In this document: piece after piece, positions 28,238-38,470 of the stretch
Layout of the letters: every line of letters begins with the position of its first letter
Position numbering within the stretch: the first letter of the stretch is position 1
Source of the DNA: a virus
Taxonomy: Duplodnaviria > Caudoviricetes
Direction: 5' to 3' (one strand)
IMG/VR virus record: IMGVR_UViG_3300017990_000017
Location: 737-64,736 of that record
Length of the DNA: 64,000 nucleotides
Made by a program: the position numbers and the translations under genes
Notes under the pieces: generated by a model
Told to the model about the DNA's origin: nothing
What the model saw: the letters and a program-made list of their open reading frames with translations, nothing else
Databases searched by the model: none

Positions 28238-29506
28238 ATTTACTATTTCTTGACCCAGCAGATCCAACGTGTCTTCATCGAGGAGCTGCGCAACTACTGG
28301 CAGTACCACCCTCGGTACAAGGACATCGTTGATCACATCCAGGGTAAGTACTCGTTTCGTGAGCGTCCGCAGTTCGGCATCGTCCTGAAAAACAGTGCGG
28401 GTAACCAAGCGCAGCTCGCTGCCGACAACTTCCAAGGGTACGTCCACAGCTACGTTTACTTGGCCAACGTTGAAGGCAAGCCTGGCTTGTCGATCGAGTG
28501 GGTCAAGGAGAACATGATCGACATCCAGAACAACGGTGGTCTGTTCCCGACTGAGGCGGGCATCTACTACATTGACTTCTGTGATGCGAACGGCAACCCA
28601 ACGGATGATGCGTTCTTCGTCGATCCACTGCTGAACGTCGAGGACGAGACGGTCTTCCAGGTCAACGACACGGAGTACCAGCTTCAGAAGGGTGCCTTCT
28701 TGGCAGGGACGCTTCGTCTGTACCGGATGCCTGGCAACCTCCAACTGTACGAAGGCACGCATTACACGGCTGACCCTGCGACAGGGATGCTCGAGCTCAC
28801 CGAGCCTCTGTCCGAAGAGGATTTCCTTTCGGCGGACTACCGTTGCCCTGGTGAGACGACGGGTCCGTGGAAGGTCATGGAGAACCGGGCGTTGACGGAA
28901 CCCATCCCTGGTGTCGTGTTGGCCTTCGGTCGCCGCATCACTCCGGGAGATCGGTTGGCGGTTGTGGTGCAGTCGAAGCGATCAATCTCTGCGCTCGAGT
29001 TCGGTGGTCGTTGGGACCTCACGCTCGACGTGGATGTCATCGCTCGAGATCCGCTCGCGCAACGTGAAATTCTGGATCAGACCGCTCTGTACCTGTGGGC
29101 AACTGCGCGTCCTCGGCTCTCGAGCGCGGGCATCGAGCTTTTGTCGATCAATCTCGGCGGCGAGACCGAAGAGGTTTACGACGAAAACGCCGATGACTGG
29201 TTCTACAACGCCAGTTTCAACCTTCAGCTTCAGACGGATTGGAGCATCCACGTGCCTCTGGGCATCTGTATCCGGGGCGTCGAGCCTGGTGGAGGACCTC
29301 CATTGCCTCTTTCTGGGCCGAGTCAGGCTCCGCTCACACCGCCCTTCATCGAGCAGATCGCGGGCCTCACGGACGAGCAGATCGCCCAAATTCAGGACAA
29401 CATCCGCGCGATGGCCGATCTGGGCCTCTCCCAGACGTTCGATCCCTGGTACGCGGGCAAGTCTGGTTTCCCTGGCAAGAAGAACACGGGCCCGATGCTT
29501 CGTTAG
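28238..29506 (+). CDS. Putative tail terminator/completion protein; start uncertain (ATT 28238, TTG 28250 or GTG 28187)
   Basis: C-terminal LDVDVIARDP..REILD..FYNASFNLQLQ resembles the tail-terminator fold; located just before the sheath gene. Confidence 0.5.
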   Translation: MYYFLTQQIQRVFIEELRNYWQYHPRYKDIVDHIQGKYSFRERPQFGIVLKNSAGNQAQLAADNFQGYVHSYVYLANVEGKPGLSIEWVKENMIDIQNNGGLFPTEAGIYYIDFCDANGNPTDDAFFVDPLLNVEDETVFQVNDTEYQLQKGAFLAGTLRLYRMPGNLQLYEGTHYTADPATGMLELTEPLSEEDFLSADYRCPGETTGPWKVMENRALTEPIPGVVLAFGRRITPGDRLAVVVQSKRSISALEFGGRWDLTLDVDVIARDPLAQREILDQTALYLWATARPRLSSAGIELLSINLGGETEEVYDENADDWFYNASFNLQLQTDWSIHVPLGICIRGVEPGGGPPLPLSGPSQAPLTPPFIEQIAGLTDEQIAQIQDNIRAMADLGLSQTFDPWYAGKSGFPGKKNTGPMLR

Positions 29507-29533
29507 TGGGCCTATACCGGCGCACATATAGAC
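29501..29533 (+). promoter_or_regulatory. Putative late promoter motif, copy 6
   Basis: CGTTA-N7-TATA-N11-ATAGAC. Confidence 0.5.
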
Positions 29534-29546
29534 GGAGCACGCGCGC

Positions 29547-30050
29547 TTGCCCATTTTCAAGTACCACTGCTCGGATTGCGGACTTCGGTTCCAGTCCATG
29601 CAGCCCAAAACGGCTGCCAAGGAGACGCTTCCCTGCAAGAAGTGCAGGGGTCGTGCGTCCCGGCAAGTCTCGGCTGCTAATTTCAAGTTCGGTCATCGGC
29701 CTGATGCTCCGGCTCCTCAGAACACGGGAGCGAGCTCGGTCGATCACGACGTGGATGTGGTGATCGGTCGAAGCGCACAGGCCAACCTGCGCGTCTACCA
29801 GGACCGCCAAGACTACAAGCGGCGCGTCATTGACGCCAACAACACTACTGGTGATCACCTCAGCCGGCTTGATAATGGCGACTACTTCGTCATGACCGAG
29901 CAACAGCGCATCGCTGCGAAGAAGGCGCGCCTTCAAAACCAGGAGGCGATGAAGCGCATCACCGAGTACCGGAAAGCGAAGGGCGCGTATGGCCGAACCG
30001 GCAAGTCCCTTTCCGGCACCCATGAGATTCCCGACGAGGCTGCTTCGTAG
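29547..30050 (+). CDS. FmdB-family zinc-ribbon protein
   Basis: MPIFKYHCSDCG..F....PCKKC....RQVS. Confidence 0.75.
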   Translation: MPIFKYHCSDCGLRFQSMQPKTAAKETLPCKKCRGRASRQVSAANFKFGHRPDAPAPQNTGASSVDHDVDVVIGRSAQANLRVYQDRQDYKRRVIDANNTTGDHLSRLDNGDYFVMTEQQRIAAKKARLQNQEAMKRITEYRKAKGAYGRTGKSLSGTHEIPDEAAS

Positions 30051-30151
30051 AAAGCGGTCGCTACCCCGGGCCTCCCTTGGAGGCACCCAGATTGAACCAG
30101 ACAGACACGACAGATTGAGACACACCCGCTGTTTTCCAGCAGCACCCCGAT

Positions 30152-30178
30152 CTTCCTCCCCTCACGGGGACGGCCAAA
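30152..30178 (+). promoter_or_regulatory. Conserved leader hairpin element, copy B (in the 264-nt leader of the sheath gene)
   Basis: CTTCC-TCCCC-TCAC-GGGGA-CGGCCAAA. Confidence 0.5.
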
Positions 30179-30314
30179 TGGAAACCGACAAACGGACGTG
30201 AACGAGAAGCAGATGTGTACTCCAGTGCTCTTTTGAGCGCATCCAGCGACTGCAATCCAGGGCTTTTAGCTCCACAGGAGAGATCTGCCCTGACTCCGAA
30301 GAGGTAGCCCCACA

Positions 30315-33300
30315 ATGGCCGATTTCCCAGGCAACATTTACGCCCCGCCCGGCGTGTACACGCGGACGCTTTTCGAGAGCCCGGTTTCCGCTGTACTTGC
30401 TGGTGTCCGGATTCCTGTCTTCATCGGGACCGGTAACGAGCTTCTCCAGCAACAAGACCTCGAAGTCATCCGTGGCTCCTCGAGCTCCGTGGACCAGCAG
30501 GTTCCACAGGAGGACGAGACTGGTCGCGCGGTAGTCTCGATCTCCGACACTGGCCAGGTCACCCTCGGTGACTTCAATGGCGAGCGTCGTCGGATCCAGG
30601 TGCGCAACTTCCCCATCACCAACGGTGATGGCAGCGGCACCATCGCCACCGACCCGAGCTCGATCTTCGTGACGATCAACGGGCGTGCCGATGTGGTGCT
30701 CAGCGTCGCGCGCGCCGACATCGGCGTCATCGAGATCAGCACCGCTCCCGAGCTCGGTGACGATGTGCGGATCACGTACTTCTTCAAGCGGACCGACTCC
30801 CAGATCACCGACGATGTCTCGAACCAGGCGACGCCCTCGAGCGCCGTCCTGGATGGCGCGCTCGGCAACCAGTACGAGTTCACCGCCGACACCAACGAGC
30901 TCACCGTCACGGTGGATTTCGACCAGTCGCAGGCGACTCAACAGGTCGTGACCGCGACCTTCCCGACTGGGAGCGTCACTGCCGCCACGGTTGTCTCGTT
31001 GATCAACGGCGCGGCAGCCGGCACGTCTCTCGTCGCTTCGGAGTTCACGAACAACTTTGGCCAGACCGCTGTGCGTTTGGTTGCTGACCGTGATCTGCTC
31101 ATCGGCGACGGATCGGCCAACGTCGTCTTGGGCTTCTCGCGGGGTCAGAGCACCAACCGCAACCGAACTTTCTACACCTACAACGGTCCCATCGTGGACG
31201 GTACCAACGGCGGTATCACCACCACCGACGTTTCGAAGGTGACGGTTCGCGTGGACGGGGTGCAGGTCATCCCCACAGAGGTGGACGGCCAGAACCACGC
31301 TGTGACGCTGCCCTTCGCTCCCGAAGTGGGATCGCAGGTCACTGTCCAGTACTTCTTCAACTCGTGGCAAGACACGTTCGACTACCTGGCGAACATCAAT
31401 GTCACCGAGGTCTTGCGGTGCGGCATCGTTCCGCTCAACAACGATTTCATCGAGGGTGCTGACTTCATCCTCAAGGACGACCTGATCGTCTGGGGTTCCG
31501 CTTTCCTGGTGTCGCCCGGAGTCACGAGCCCCGGAGCTCCCGCGTTCGGTCCCACGCAGATCAGCGGCCTGCTCATCGACAACCGATGGTTCCTTGCGCC
31601 CACCGATGTGGTGGTCGACGACACGGTCAACCCGCCTGTTGAGGATCGTACCAAGTTCACGTTGCCGGCTCAGCCCACCACGGGCAACGGTCGTGACACC
31701 CCGCTGGGTCAGCAGACTTTCCTCAGCATCAGCAACAACCGTCTCGATCTCCCGACCAACAACCCGAACCTGGTTCGGGCCTACTGGGGCTTCAGCATCC
31801 AAGACGCCCTCCAGCGCGGTCCGGTGACGGTGACGCAGGTTCAGGGTACGGAGATCACCCTCGAGCAGCCGGTGCCCGTGGGCGCCGAGGTTTGGGCGAC
31901 CTTCTGGTACAACATCCTCGTCGATGAGGAGTACACCGTTCAGGTTGAGACCAGCGGACCGTCGGGCATCGGTACCTACTTCCTGTTCGACAGCAACGGG
32001 AACCCGGTCTACACGCCGAAGTTCGGTAGCAAGGGTCCGGCGCTCACCGGCGTCACGATCCAGTTCCCGAGCGGCTCGGAGATCACTCCCGACGTTCACT
32101 TCGAGGGCGGCACGCAAGGCCCCGTCGAGGAAACCGTCACCATTCAGTTCTCCGACAAGGACTCGACGATCGGCAAGTTCACGGTTCCCGGTTCGGGCCC
32201 GTATTTCTTCGTCGAAAGTCAGTCGGACCGAGCTCGGTTCACCATCGACAGCTCTCCGCTGGCGGGCGGTGCGGCCGGCATCGATCTCTCGGCGCCACAC
32301 GGCATCGCGGGTCTCGGTTTCAACGCCTCGCTCCTTGGTGAGGAGATTGTCTACACCGACGACTCGGGCAAGACGACCTACGATGTTCTCGCCGGTCTGA
32401 ACGACAACATCTCGTTCACGGTGGACAACGTGGTGGTCACGGTGAACGTCCCGGCACAGACGGGCGTGAACGCCGATGCCTACGTCGAGGCGATCAACGC
32501 TGAGTCCAAGCTCGCTGACAACAACCCGTACTACGACGGCGTGACGCGGTTCCTCGGAACCACGACCATCACGGCTGGTGAGTACGACACCCTCACGTTC
32601 AACTACACGGGCGTCACCAACGGCAGCACTGGCCCGGTGACGGCGACCATCGCCCCGGGTATCTACGTGTCCCCGAACGCGCTGGCTGCTGCGGTGAACT
32701 CCGCACTCGACACCGCCATCGCTGCTCTCCCGGCAGCCTACGATGGTGTGGACGTGACCTGCACGGCGAACGCGGACGGTCAGATGCGGTTCACCTTCAC
32801 AGGTGCCGACACTGACCTCGGTACCTTCGCGACCGGCACCGTCACCAACGTGGCTTCGGTTCTGGGAGACACCATCGAGATTGGAGGCATCACGCTTACC
32901 GGTTCCCTTGGGGTCACTCCCGGCGGTCTCGACTACGACACCGGCCAAGCTCGAGGCACCATCATGGCTGCCGGCGTTCAGCCTGGTGACACCATCACCA
33001 TCGATACCACGGCAGTGGGCGGTGGCCCGGTTCTCCTGACCGCAGCCGGAGCTCAGACTCCGGGTGGCCTCAACTTCAATGAGGGCGTCCAGGCGAGCGG
33101 CACCATCACCGTGAGCGGGCCGATCCCGAACGACACGGTTACCGTTGACGGCATCACTCTGACCGCTTTGGGAATGCAGTCCCCGGGTGGTCTGGACTTC
33201 GACGAAGGCACCCGTTCGACCGGTTCGGCTACCCTCGCCAGCGTCGTGTACGGCGACACCATCACCATCGACGCTTCGGTCGTGGGTGGTGGTCTCGTCA

Positions 33301-36300
33301 CTCTGACGGCCAGCAACACGCTCACCCCTGGTGGTCTGGACTTCAACGTCGGCACCGCAGCCACGGGTGACTTCATGACCATGGGCGTGCGACCCGCCAC
33401 CATGGCGCCGTTCCCCGTCACCCCGGCGGACACGGTTACCATCGGCGGTTCGGTCCTCACTCCGGTTGAAGGTGCCCGTACTCCGGGTTTCGATGACTTC
33501 GACGCGGGTACTCGCTCTGTCGGAACTCTGACCGTCGTGGCCGATTCTCTCGGTCCCAGCACGGGTGTCTTGTACGGTGACACGATCACCATCAACGGCA
33601 TCCCTCTGGTGGCGGACAGCGTGACCACACCTGGTGGTCTCAACTTCGACGCTGGTACTCAGGCGACGGACACGCTGACCGTGACCGCTTCTCCGGCCAG
33701 CGCGACGATCACGATCGACGTGGGTGGTCTCAACGGCGGCCCCTTCCCGCTGACTCCGGCGGGTGGTCCTCGTACCCCGGGTGCGAACGACTACGACGAG
33801 ACTCTCGGCACCACGGCTGCCATCGCGGGTGAGATCGCTGCTGCGATCAACGATCCGTCCAACTCCTTCGCCACGTTCATGAGCGCGGCGGCAGGTCCTG
33901 GGCCGGCGGATGTGACCCTGATCTGGACGGTTCCGGGTGTGCTCTCCAACGGTGTCGTCAACAGTAGCTCCGACGGTACGGTCACCACGACCGGTGGCTT
34001 CGGCGGCGGTGTGGGCGACGAGATCACCACTGCGACGGCCATCGTCGCGGCGATCCTTGACCCGCTCAATGGTTTGGATGCTCTCATCCAGGCTCACAAC
34101 ACCGGTGGCACTTCGGCTACCGTCAACATCCAGGCGTTGGCTCCGGGTGTGGCGGGCGACTCGATCAGCACGGTTTCGACCACGCCTGCTCGACTCACCT
34201 TCGGTGGTGGCTTCCTTGCTGGTGGTGTTGGTGACAACAACACCGCTGCGACGGACGCTGCGGCTGCCATCAACGATGCGTTGAACTCTTTCACCGCTAC
34301 CGCAACCGCTGTTGCGGTGGGCAGCAACGTGAATCTCACGGCTGTGACTCCGGGCGCTGCGGGCAACCTCATCGCTCTGAGTACTACGGCAGCGGGTCGT
34401 TTCGTCCTTTCGGGGGGGTCCTTCACCGGTGGTCTCGGCGACGACATCTCGGCGGCGACAAGCCTGGTGGCGGCCATCACCGATCCCGCGAACGGTCTGA
34501 CCGACATTGTGGCTGATAACGTGGGCGGTACGTCGGCGGTGGTCACTCTCGATTCGTTTACGCCGGGCCTGGTAGGTGATGGCATCCTGCTCTTCGAGAG
34601 CACGGGTGGTGTTCGCATCATGCTCTCGGGCGCGAGTCTCCTCGGCGGTGTTGGTGACGACACCACTGTGGCGGCTTCCATCGCGGCAGCCATCAACGAT
34701 GCTGGTAACGGCATCAGTGCCACGGTGAGTGCGATGGCGGTGGGCAATGTGGTCACCATGACCGCTGTCACCCCTGGTAACGCGGGCAACATCATCGACA
34801 CGACGAGCTCGGATGCAAGCCGTCTCCTCATGTCGGCGGTCACTCTCCAGGGTGGTGTGGGCACCGATTTCACGGTGGCTGCTTCCATCGCGGCGGCGAT
34901 CAACGACCTGGGTAACGGTCTTGCGGCTGATATCTCGGCGGACAATGAGGGCGGCACGAGCACCACGGTGACCGTGTGGGCCAACGTTCCGGGTGTGGCT
35001 GGCAACGGCATCACTTTGGCGAGCTCGACTCCGGTGCGTCTCCCGCTCTCGGGTGGTGTGTTTGGTGGTGGTCTCACCGACGTGGGTGTGGCGACGACCA
35101 TCGTTACGGCCATCACCGATCCACTCAACGGTCTGGACACGCTCGTCACGGCCGACAACAGCTCCGGCACTTCCTCCACTGTGGACCTCACGGCGGCGGT
35201 CCCAGGCCCGCAGGGGAACTTCATCACGCTCTCCTCGAGCGACATGGTCCGTCTCCCGGTGTCGGCGGCGACTCTCACGGGTGGCTCCGGGCTCGGCGGC
35301 GGTGTGTTCGAGTTCCTCGATGGCGCGTCTTTGGCTGTGGACTTCGCGGTTCTGGCCGGTCTGTCTACGGATTCGCTCCCGAGCCAGGAGCAGACCAAGA
35401 TCGTCGATGGTGATGTGGCTCGCCGCTTCACGGCAGCGGGTGTGAGTGGTCGTCTGATCTACGACCGCATCATCATGCGCAACCGCGTCACTCCGGGGTC
35501 CGGTTCCATTCGTCCGGAAAGCCAGGTTGCTCAGACCAACCTGGTCATACAGGGAACCAACGCCAACGACGAGACGGGACTGGCTTCCCGTGCCTTCGGC
35601 GAGGCGGGCATCGGTGCTGTGATTCAGCCGGCGACGCTCTACGGCGAAGTCGGGTTCGCGGATGGTCAGGTGCCCTCGGGTACCTTCGGCGACGCTCGAG
35701 ACGGTCAGCCCCAGGTCCAGTTCTTCGGACCGAACGGGGTCAACCCCCAGAACAACGTGTTCAAGTTCAACGTTGATGGCACTCCCGTCACCGTCGTGTT
35801 CACGGACGCTTCTGGGTTCGCCATCCCGACGGCGGGTACCGCTACGGTTCCGCTTGGGCCGCTCGGTACGCCGAACACCATCCTCAGCCAGATTCAGACG
35901 GCGGTTGTGGGTGCGGGTCTCTCGCCCATGACGGTCGCCCCCGAAGGTGCCGGTATGCGACTCGTCTCGCAACTGGTGGATACCAACTCGGCTGTGACCA
36001 TCGACAACGGCAACGCCAACGACGTGCTCGGGTTCTCCGAGGGCGCCACGGCTACCCGTGACTCGGTGCAGGTCGAGAAGGTGGCTTCGGCGCTGATGAT
36101 GCACCACAGCACGACCATCAATGGTGTGCTGCTCGATTACCAGAGCCCCGACGCGAACTGGTTCGCGGCTCAGGCTCTGGCGGCCAAGGAAGTGGACTCC
36201 AGCAACGCGGAGTTCCTGTTCATCCAGTCGCAGGCCAACAACATCGTGGGTCTGGGCGCTTCCTCGAACATCGTGTTCCTGGACGCGACGACCGACTCCT

Positions 36301-37772
36301 GGCTCCGTACCGGTACTGGCCTTCGGGTCCAGTCGGGCGACGGTGCTTCGGGCGAAACTGGGTTCCAGGGCTTCTACGTCACGAGCTCCGATCCCATCGA
36401 CGGTTCCGGTTCGGCCAACACCTCGTGCCTCAACAACGGCACGGGTCAGGACGGCGTCATCGGTCAGAGCTACCGTGACACGGTCACGGGGCTTGTCTTC
36501 ACCATCCTCCCGCGTGAGGGTGGTGCAGACTACCCGATCGGACCGGGGGCGTTCTTCACCTTCGAGGTACGGCGCTTGGTGACCACGGACGCCAACGTCC
36601 CGGTCAACTCGCTTCCTGGCCTCGAGCTCACGGTGGCGAACACCGAAGGTTCGACCATCCCGACGGGCGATACGGCCATCGTCGAGACCTTCGACCGTGG
36701 CGGTCAGGAGCCGGCGGTGGGTGACAGCTACTTCGTCACCTACAACTACTCCAAGACGGAGGCCGACTTCGAGACCCAGCTCTTCACCAACCAGCGGGCG
36801 GTGGAGCGGAACTACGGTGAGATCAGCCCGGATAACCCGGTGTCTCTCGCGGCGTTCCTCGGGTTCTTGAACGGAGCTGTGGTCCTCGGCATCAAGCAGG
36901 TGCCGAAGATCCCGGGCAGCAACCAGGCCAGCACGCCGACTTTCATCGACGCGCTCAACGACTTGCGTGGCCCTCTGCCTGGTGGTGCGGTTCTCGACAC
37001 CATCACCCCGCTCAAGGGTGATGATGTGGACCTGTTCTTGTCCCTCAAGAACCACTGCGACATCCAGTCCAGCATCCGCTTCCGAGCGGAGCGTACGGGC
37101 ATCATCGGAGTGGCTTCGGGCACGCAACCCACTGACGTGGGAGGCATCGCTCAGCAGATCCAGAGCACCCGCATCCGTCTGGTCTACCCGGACATCGTGA
37201 CGCTCACCGTCCAGGACGCCCTCGGCAATGACAAGCAGTTCCTGCTCGATGGCACCTTCTTGGCTGCGGCCATGACCGGTAACCGGGCGAGCCCGAACAT
37301 TGACGTGGCAACCCCGTGGACGCGGGCACGCATCGTCGGGTTCGACCAGCTCGCACGGACGCTGGACGCTGTCGAGCAGAACCAGGTTGCGGTTCAGGGC
37401 GTCACCGTCCTTGATCAGCGTGGCACCGTGATCCGGGTCCGTCAGGGCCTCACCACGGACATGAGCAACATTCTGACCAAGCTCCCGACCGTGATCACCA
37501 TCGCGGACGAGGTGCAGCGGGCAGCTCGACGAGACCTTGATCGCTTCATCGGCATCAAGTTCCTCCCGGGTGTGCTCAGTCAGATCGAGGGTCAGCTCTC
37601 GACCACGATGAAGGCGCTCAAGAACGCCGAGATCATCACGGCGTTCACTGGGATTCAGGCACGGACGACCAACGACCCGACCATCGTCGAAGTCGAGGCT
37701 TTCTATCAGCCCGTTTTCCCGCTTTTGTATATCGTCATCACTTTCAATCTGCGCTCGAATTTGGGCGGATAA
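30315..37772 (+). CDS. Giant contractile tail sheath protein (2485 aa)
   Basis: N-terminal YAPPGVY..PVFIGTG and a C-terminal sheath core (IRVRQGLTTD..IADEV..FIG..YQPVFPLLYIVITF); followed downstream by the tube gene. Confidence 0.88.
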   Translation: MADFPGNIYAPPGVYTRTLFESPVSAVLAGVRIPVFIGTGNELLQQQDLEVIRGSSSSVDQQVPQEDETGRAVVSISDTGQVTLGDFNGERRRIQVRNFPITNGDGSGTIATDPSSIFVTINGRADVVLSVARADIGVIEISTAPELGDDVRITYFFKRTDSQITDDVSNQATPSSAVLDGALGNQYEFTADTNELTVTVDFDQSQATQQVVTATFPTGSVTAATVVSLINGAAAGTSLVASEFTNNFGQTAVRLVADRDLLIGDGSANVVLGFSRGQSTNRNRTFYTYNGPIVDGTNGGITTTDVSKVTVRVDGVQVIPTEVDGQNHAVTLPFAPEVGSQVTVQYFFNSWQDTFDYLANINVTEVLRCGIVPLNNDFIEGADFILKDDLIVWGSAFLVSPGVTSPGAPAFGPTQISGLLIDNRWFLAPTDVVVDDTVNPPVEDRTKFTLPAQPTTGNGRDTPLGQQTFLSISNNRLDLPTNNPNLVRAYWGFSIQDALQRGPVTVTQVQGTEITLEQPVPVGAEVWATFWYNILVDEEYTVQVETSGPSGIGTYFLFDSNGNPVYTPKFGSKGPALTGVTIQFPSGSEITPDVHFEGGTQGPVEETVTIQFSDKDSTIGKFTVPGSGPYFFVESQSDRARFTIDSSPLAGGAAGIDLSAPHGIAGLGFNASLLGEEIVYTDDSGKTTYDVLAGLNDNISFTVDNVVVTVNVPAQTGVNADAYVEAINAESKLADNNPYYDGVTRFLGTTTITAGEYDTLTFNYTGVTNGSTGPVTATIAPGIYVSPNALAAAVNSALDTAIAALPAAYDGVDVTCTANADGQMRFTFTGADTDLGTFATGTVTNVASVLGDTIEIGGITLTGSLGVTPGGLDYDTGQARGTIMAAGVQPGDTITIDTTAVGGGPVLLTAAGAQTPGGLNFNEGVQASGTITVSGPIPNDTVTVDGITLTALGMQSPGGLDFDEGTRSTGSATLASVVYGDTITIDASVVGGGLVTLTASNTLTPGGLDFNVGTAATGDFMTMGVRPATMAPFPVTPADTVTIGGSVLTPVEGARTPGFDDFDAGTRSVGTLTVVADSLGPSTGVLYGDTITINGIPLVADSVTTPGGLNFDAGTQATDTLTVTASPASATITIDVGGLNGGPFPLTPAGGPRTPGANDYDETLGTTAAIAGEIAAAINDPSNSFATFMSAAAGPGPADVTLIWTVPGVLSNGVVNSSSDGTVTTTGGFGGGVGDEITTATAIVAAILDPLNGLDALIQAHNTGGTSATVNIQALAPGVAGDSISTVSTTPARLTFGGGFLAGGVGDNNTAATDAAAAINDALNSFTATATAVAVGSNVNLTAVTPGAAGNLIALSTTAAGRFVLSGGSFTGGLGDDISAATSLVAAITDPANGLTDIVADNVGGTSAVVTLDSFTPGLVGDGILLFESTGGVRIMLSGASLLGGVGDDTTVAASIAAAINDAGNGISATVSAMAVGNVVTMTAVTPGNAGNIIDTTSSDASRLLMSAVTLQGGVGTDFTVAASIAAAINDLGNGLAADISADNEGGTSTTVTVWANVPGVAGNGITLASSTPVRLPLSGGVFGGGLTDVGVATTIVTAITDPLNGLDTLVTADNSSGTSSTVDLTAAVPGPQGNFITLSSSDMVRLPVSAATLTGGSGLGGGVFEFLDGASLAVDFAVLAGLSTDSLPSQEQTKIVDGDVARRFTAAGVSGRLIYDRIIMRNRVTPGSGSIRPESQVAQTNLVIQGTNANDETGLASRAFGEAGIGAVIQPATLYGEVGFADGQVPSGTFGDARDGQPQVQFFGPNGVNPQNNVFKFNVDGTPVTVVFTDASGFAIPTAGTATVPLGPLGTPNTILSQIQTAVVGAGLSPMTVAPEGAGMRLVSQLVDTNSAVTIDNGNANDVLGFSEGATATRDSVQVEKVASALMMHHSTTINGVLLDYQSPDANWFAAQALAAKEVDSSNAEFLFIQSQANNIVGLGASSNIVFLDATTDSWLRTGTGLRVQSGDGASGETGFQGFYVTSSDPIDGSGSANTSCLNNGTGQDGVIGQSYRDTVTGLVFTILPREGGADYPIGPGAFFTFEVRRLVTTDANVPVNSLPGLELTVANTEGSTIPTGDTAIVETFDRGGQEPAVGDSYFVTYNYSKTEADFETQLFTNQRAVERNYGEISPDNPVSLAAFLGFLNGAVVLGIKQVPKIPGSNQASTPTFIDALNDLRGPLPGGAVLDTITPLKGDDVDLFLSLKNHCDIQSSIRFRAERTGIIGVASGTQPTDVGGIAQQIQSTRIRLVYPDIVTLTVQDALGNDKQFLLDGTFLAAAMTGNRASPNIDVATPWTRARIVGFDQLARTLDAVEQNQVAVQGVTVLDQRGTVIRVRQGLTTDMSNILTKLPTVITIADEVQRAARRDLDRFIGIKFLPGVLSQIEGQLSTTMKALKNAEIITAFTGIQARTTNDPTIVEVEAFYQPVFPLLYIVITFNLRSNLGG
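32829..35291 (+). repeat. Seven A-type then seven B-type protein half-repeats inside the sheath
   Basis: A = G(T/S)xT..DT(I/V)TI..LT...TPGGL(D/N)F(D/N)xG, seven copies (32829-33809). B = A..IxAAIxDxxNG..V.(L/I)..PG..G(N/D).I...S....GG.G, seven copies (33810-35291). Confidence 0.85.
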
Positions 37773-37774
37773 CC

Positions 37775-37818
37775 AAGAAAAAGGGGTGGGGTTCGCAGGT
37801 CTTTACCCCTTTCTTTTC
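37775..37818 (+). terminator. Rho-independent terminator after the sheath gene (possibly bidirectional)
   Basis: AAGAAAAAGGGGT...ACCCCTTTCTTTTC stem with flanking A and T tracts. Confidence 0.65.
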
Positions 37819-37822
37819 TAGG

Positions 37823-37851
37823 TTGATTTGTGGACCGGCTTCCGGTAGGCT
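37823..37851 (+). promoter_or_regulatory. Sigma70-like promoter, apparently leaderless, for the 37858 gene
   Basis: TTGATT-N17-TAGGCT-N6-ATG. Confidence 0.5.
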
Positions 37852-37857
37852 GGGTGC

Positions 37858-38470
37858 ATGGATGAGACCCAGAATGCAGAGGCCCGGAGACTTTTCTCCG
37901 GGCCTCTGACTTTGAGCGAAGCGGCCAAGACCTTGGGAGTGGGTCGGGACCGCCTCCGTCGTTTCTGGGGCGACGTGTTCGGCGACGAGGCTGTCAGATC
38001 TCGGGGGAATGCAGCCCGAGGCAGGGCTCGGAGCAGGAGCCGTTTGAAAGGCGACGACTTGGCGCGAGCGCGCGAGAAGGGCCTCTCGCAGTTCCACAGC
38101 ACCATTCCCCTGAAGAAGGTGGCCAAGGAGGTGGGGGTTCACTCCACCGTCCTTCGACGCTGGTGGAGGGAGGAGTTCGGAGAGCCGGCGACGCTCGAGC
38201 GCGCCAGACGTTTGCAGAAGACCAACACCGTCGGCGTCACGGGGCCTCGGAAGTTGAAGAAGACGCGTGTTAGTTGCTCAGAGTGTGGTGTGGAGTTCGA
38301 AACCACGCTCATGTCGCTCGCCAAACGCGCCACCATCGTTTGCGAAGGTTGTCTGTCCAAAAAGAAAAACCCAGTGGCCTGTCCTGTGTGCGGGCTCGTG
38401 TGCGAAGGTCCCAAAGGGTTGTCTGTCCATCTTCGGCACTCCAGAGACGACCCGGCACATCGAGAGTACG
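37858..38470 (+). pseudogene. 5' part (HTH + zinc fingers) of a split endonuclease-methyltransferase gene
   Basis: Two HTH-like segments and CxxC fingers end at ..PAHREY. The frame continues at 40560 if the insertion is removed. Confidence 0.75.

Noticed and set aside
30162-37127. 2321-aa minus-strand ORF and other long antisense ORFs (e.g. 21697..24042, 13127..15193)
   Set aside because: These are shadow frames of GC-rich plus-strand genes, with Arg/His/Val-rich low-information translations and no motifs.
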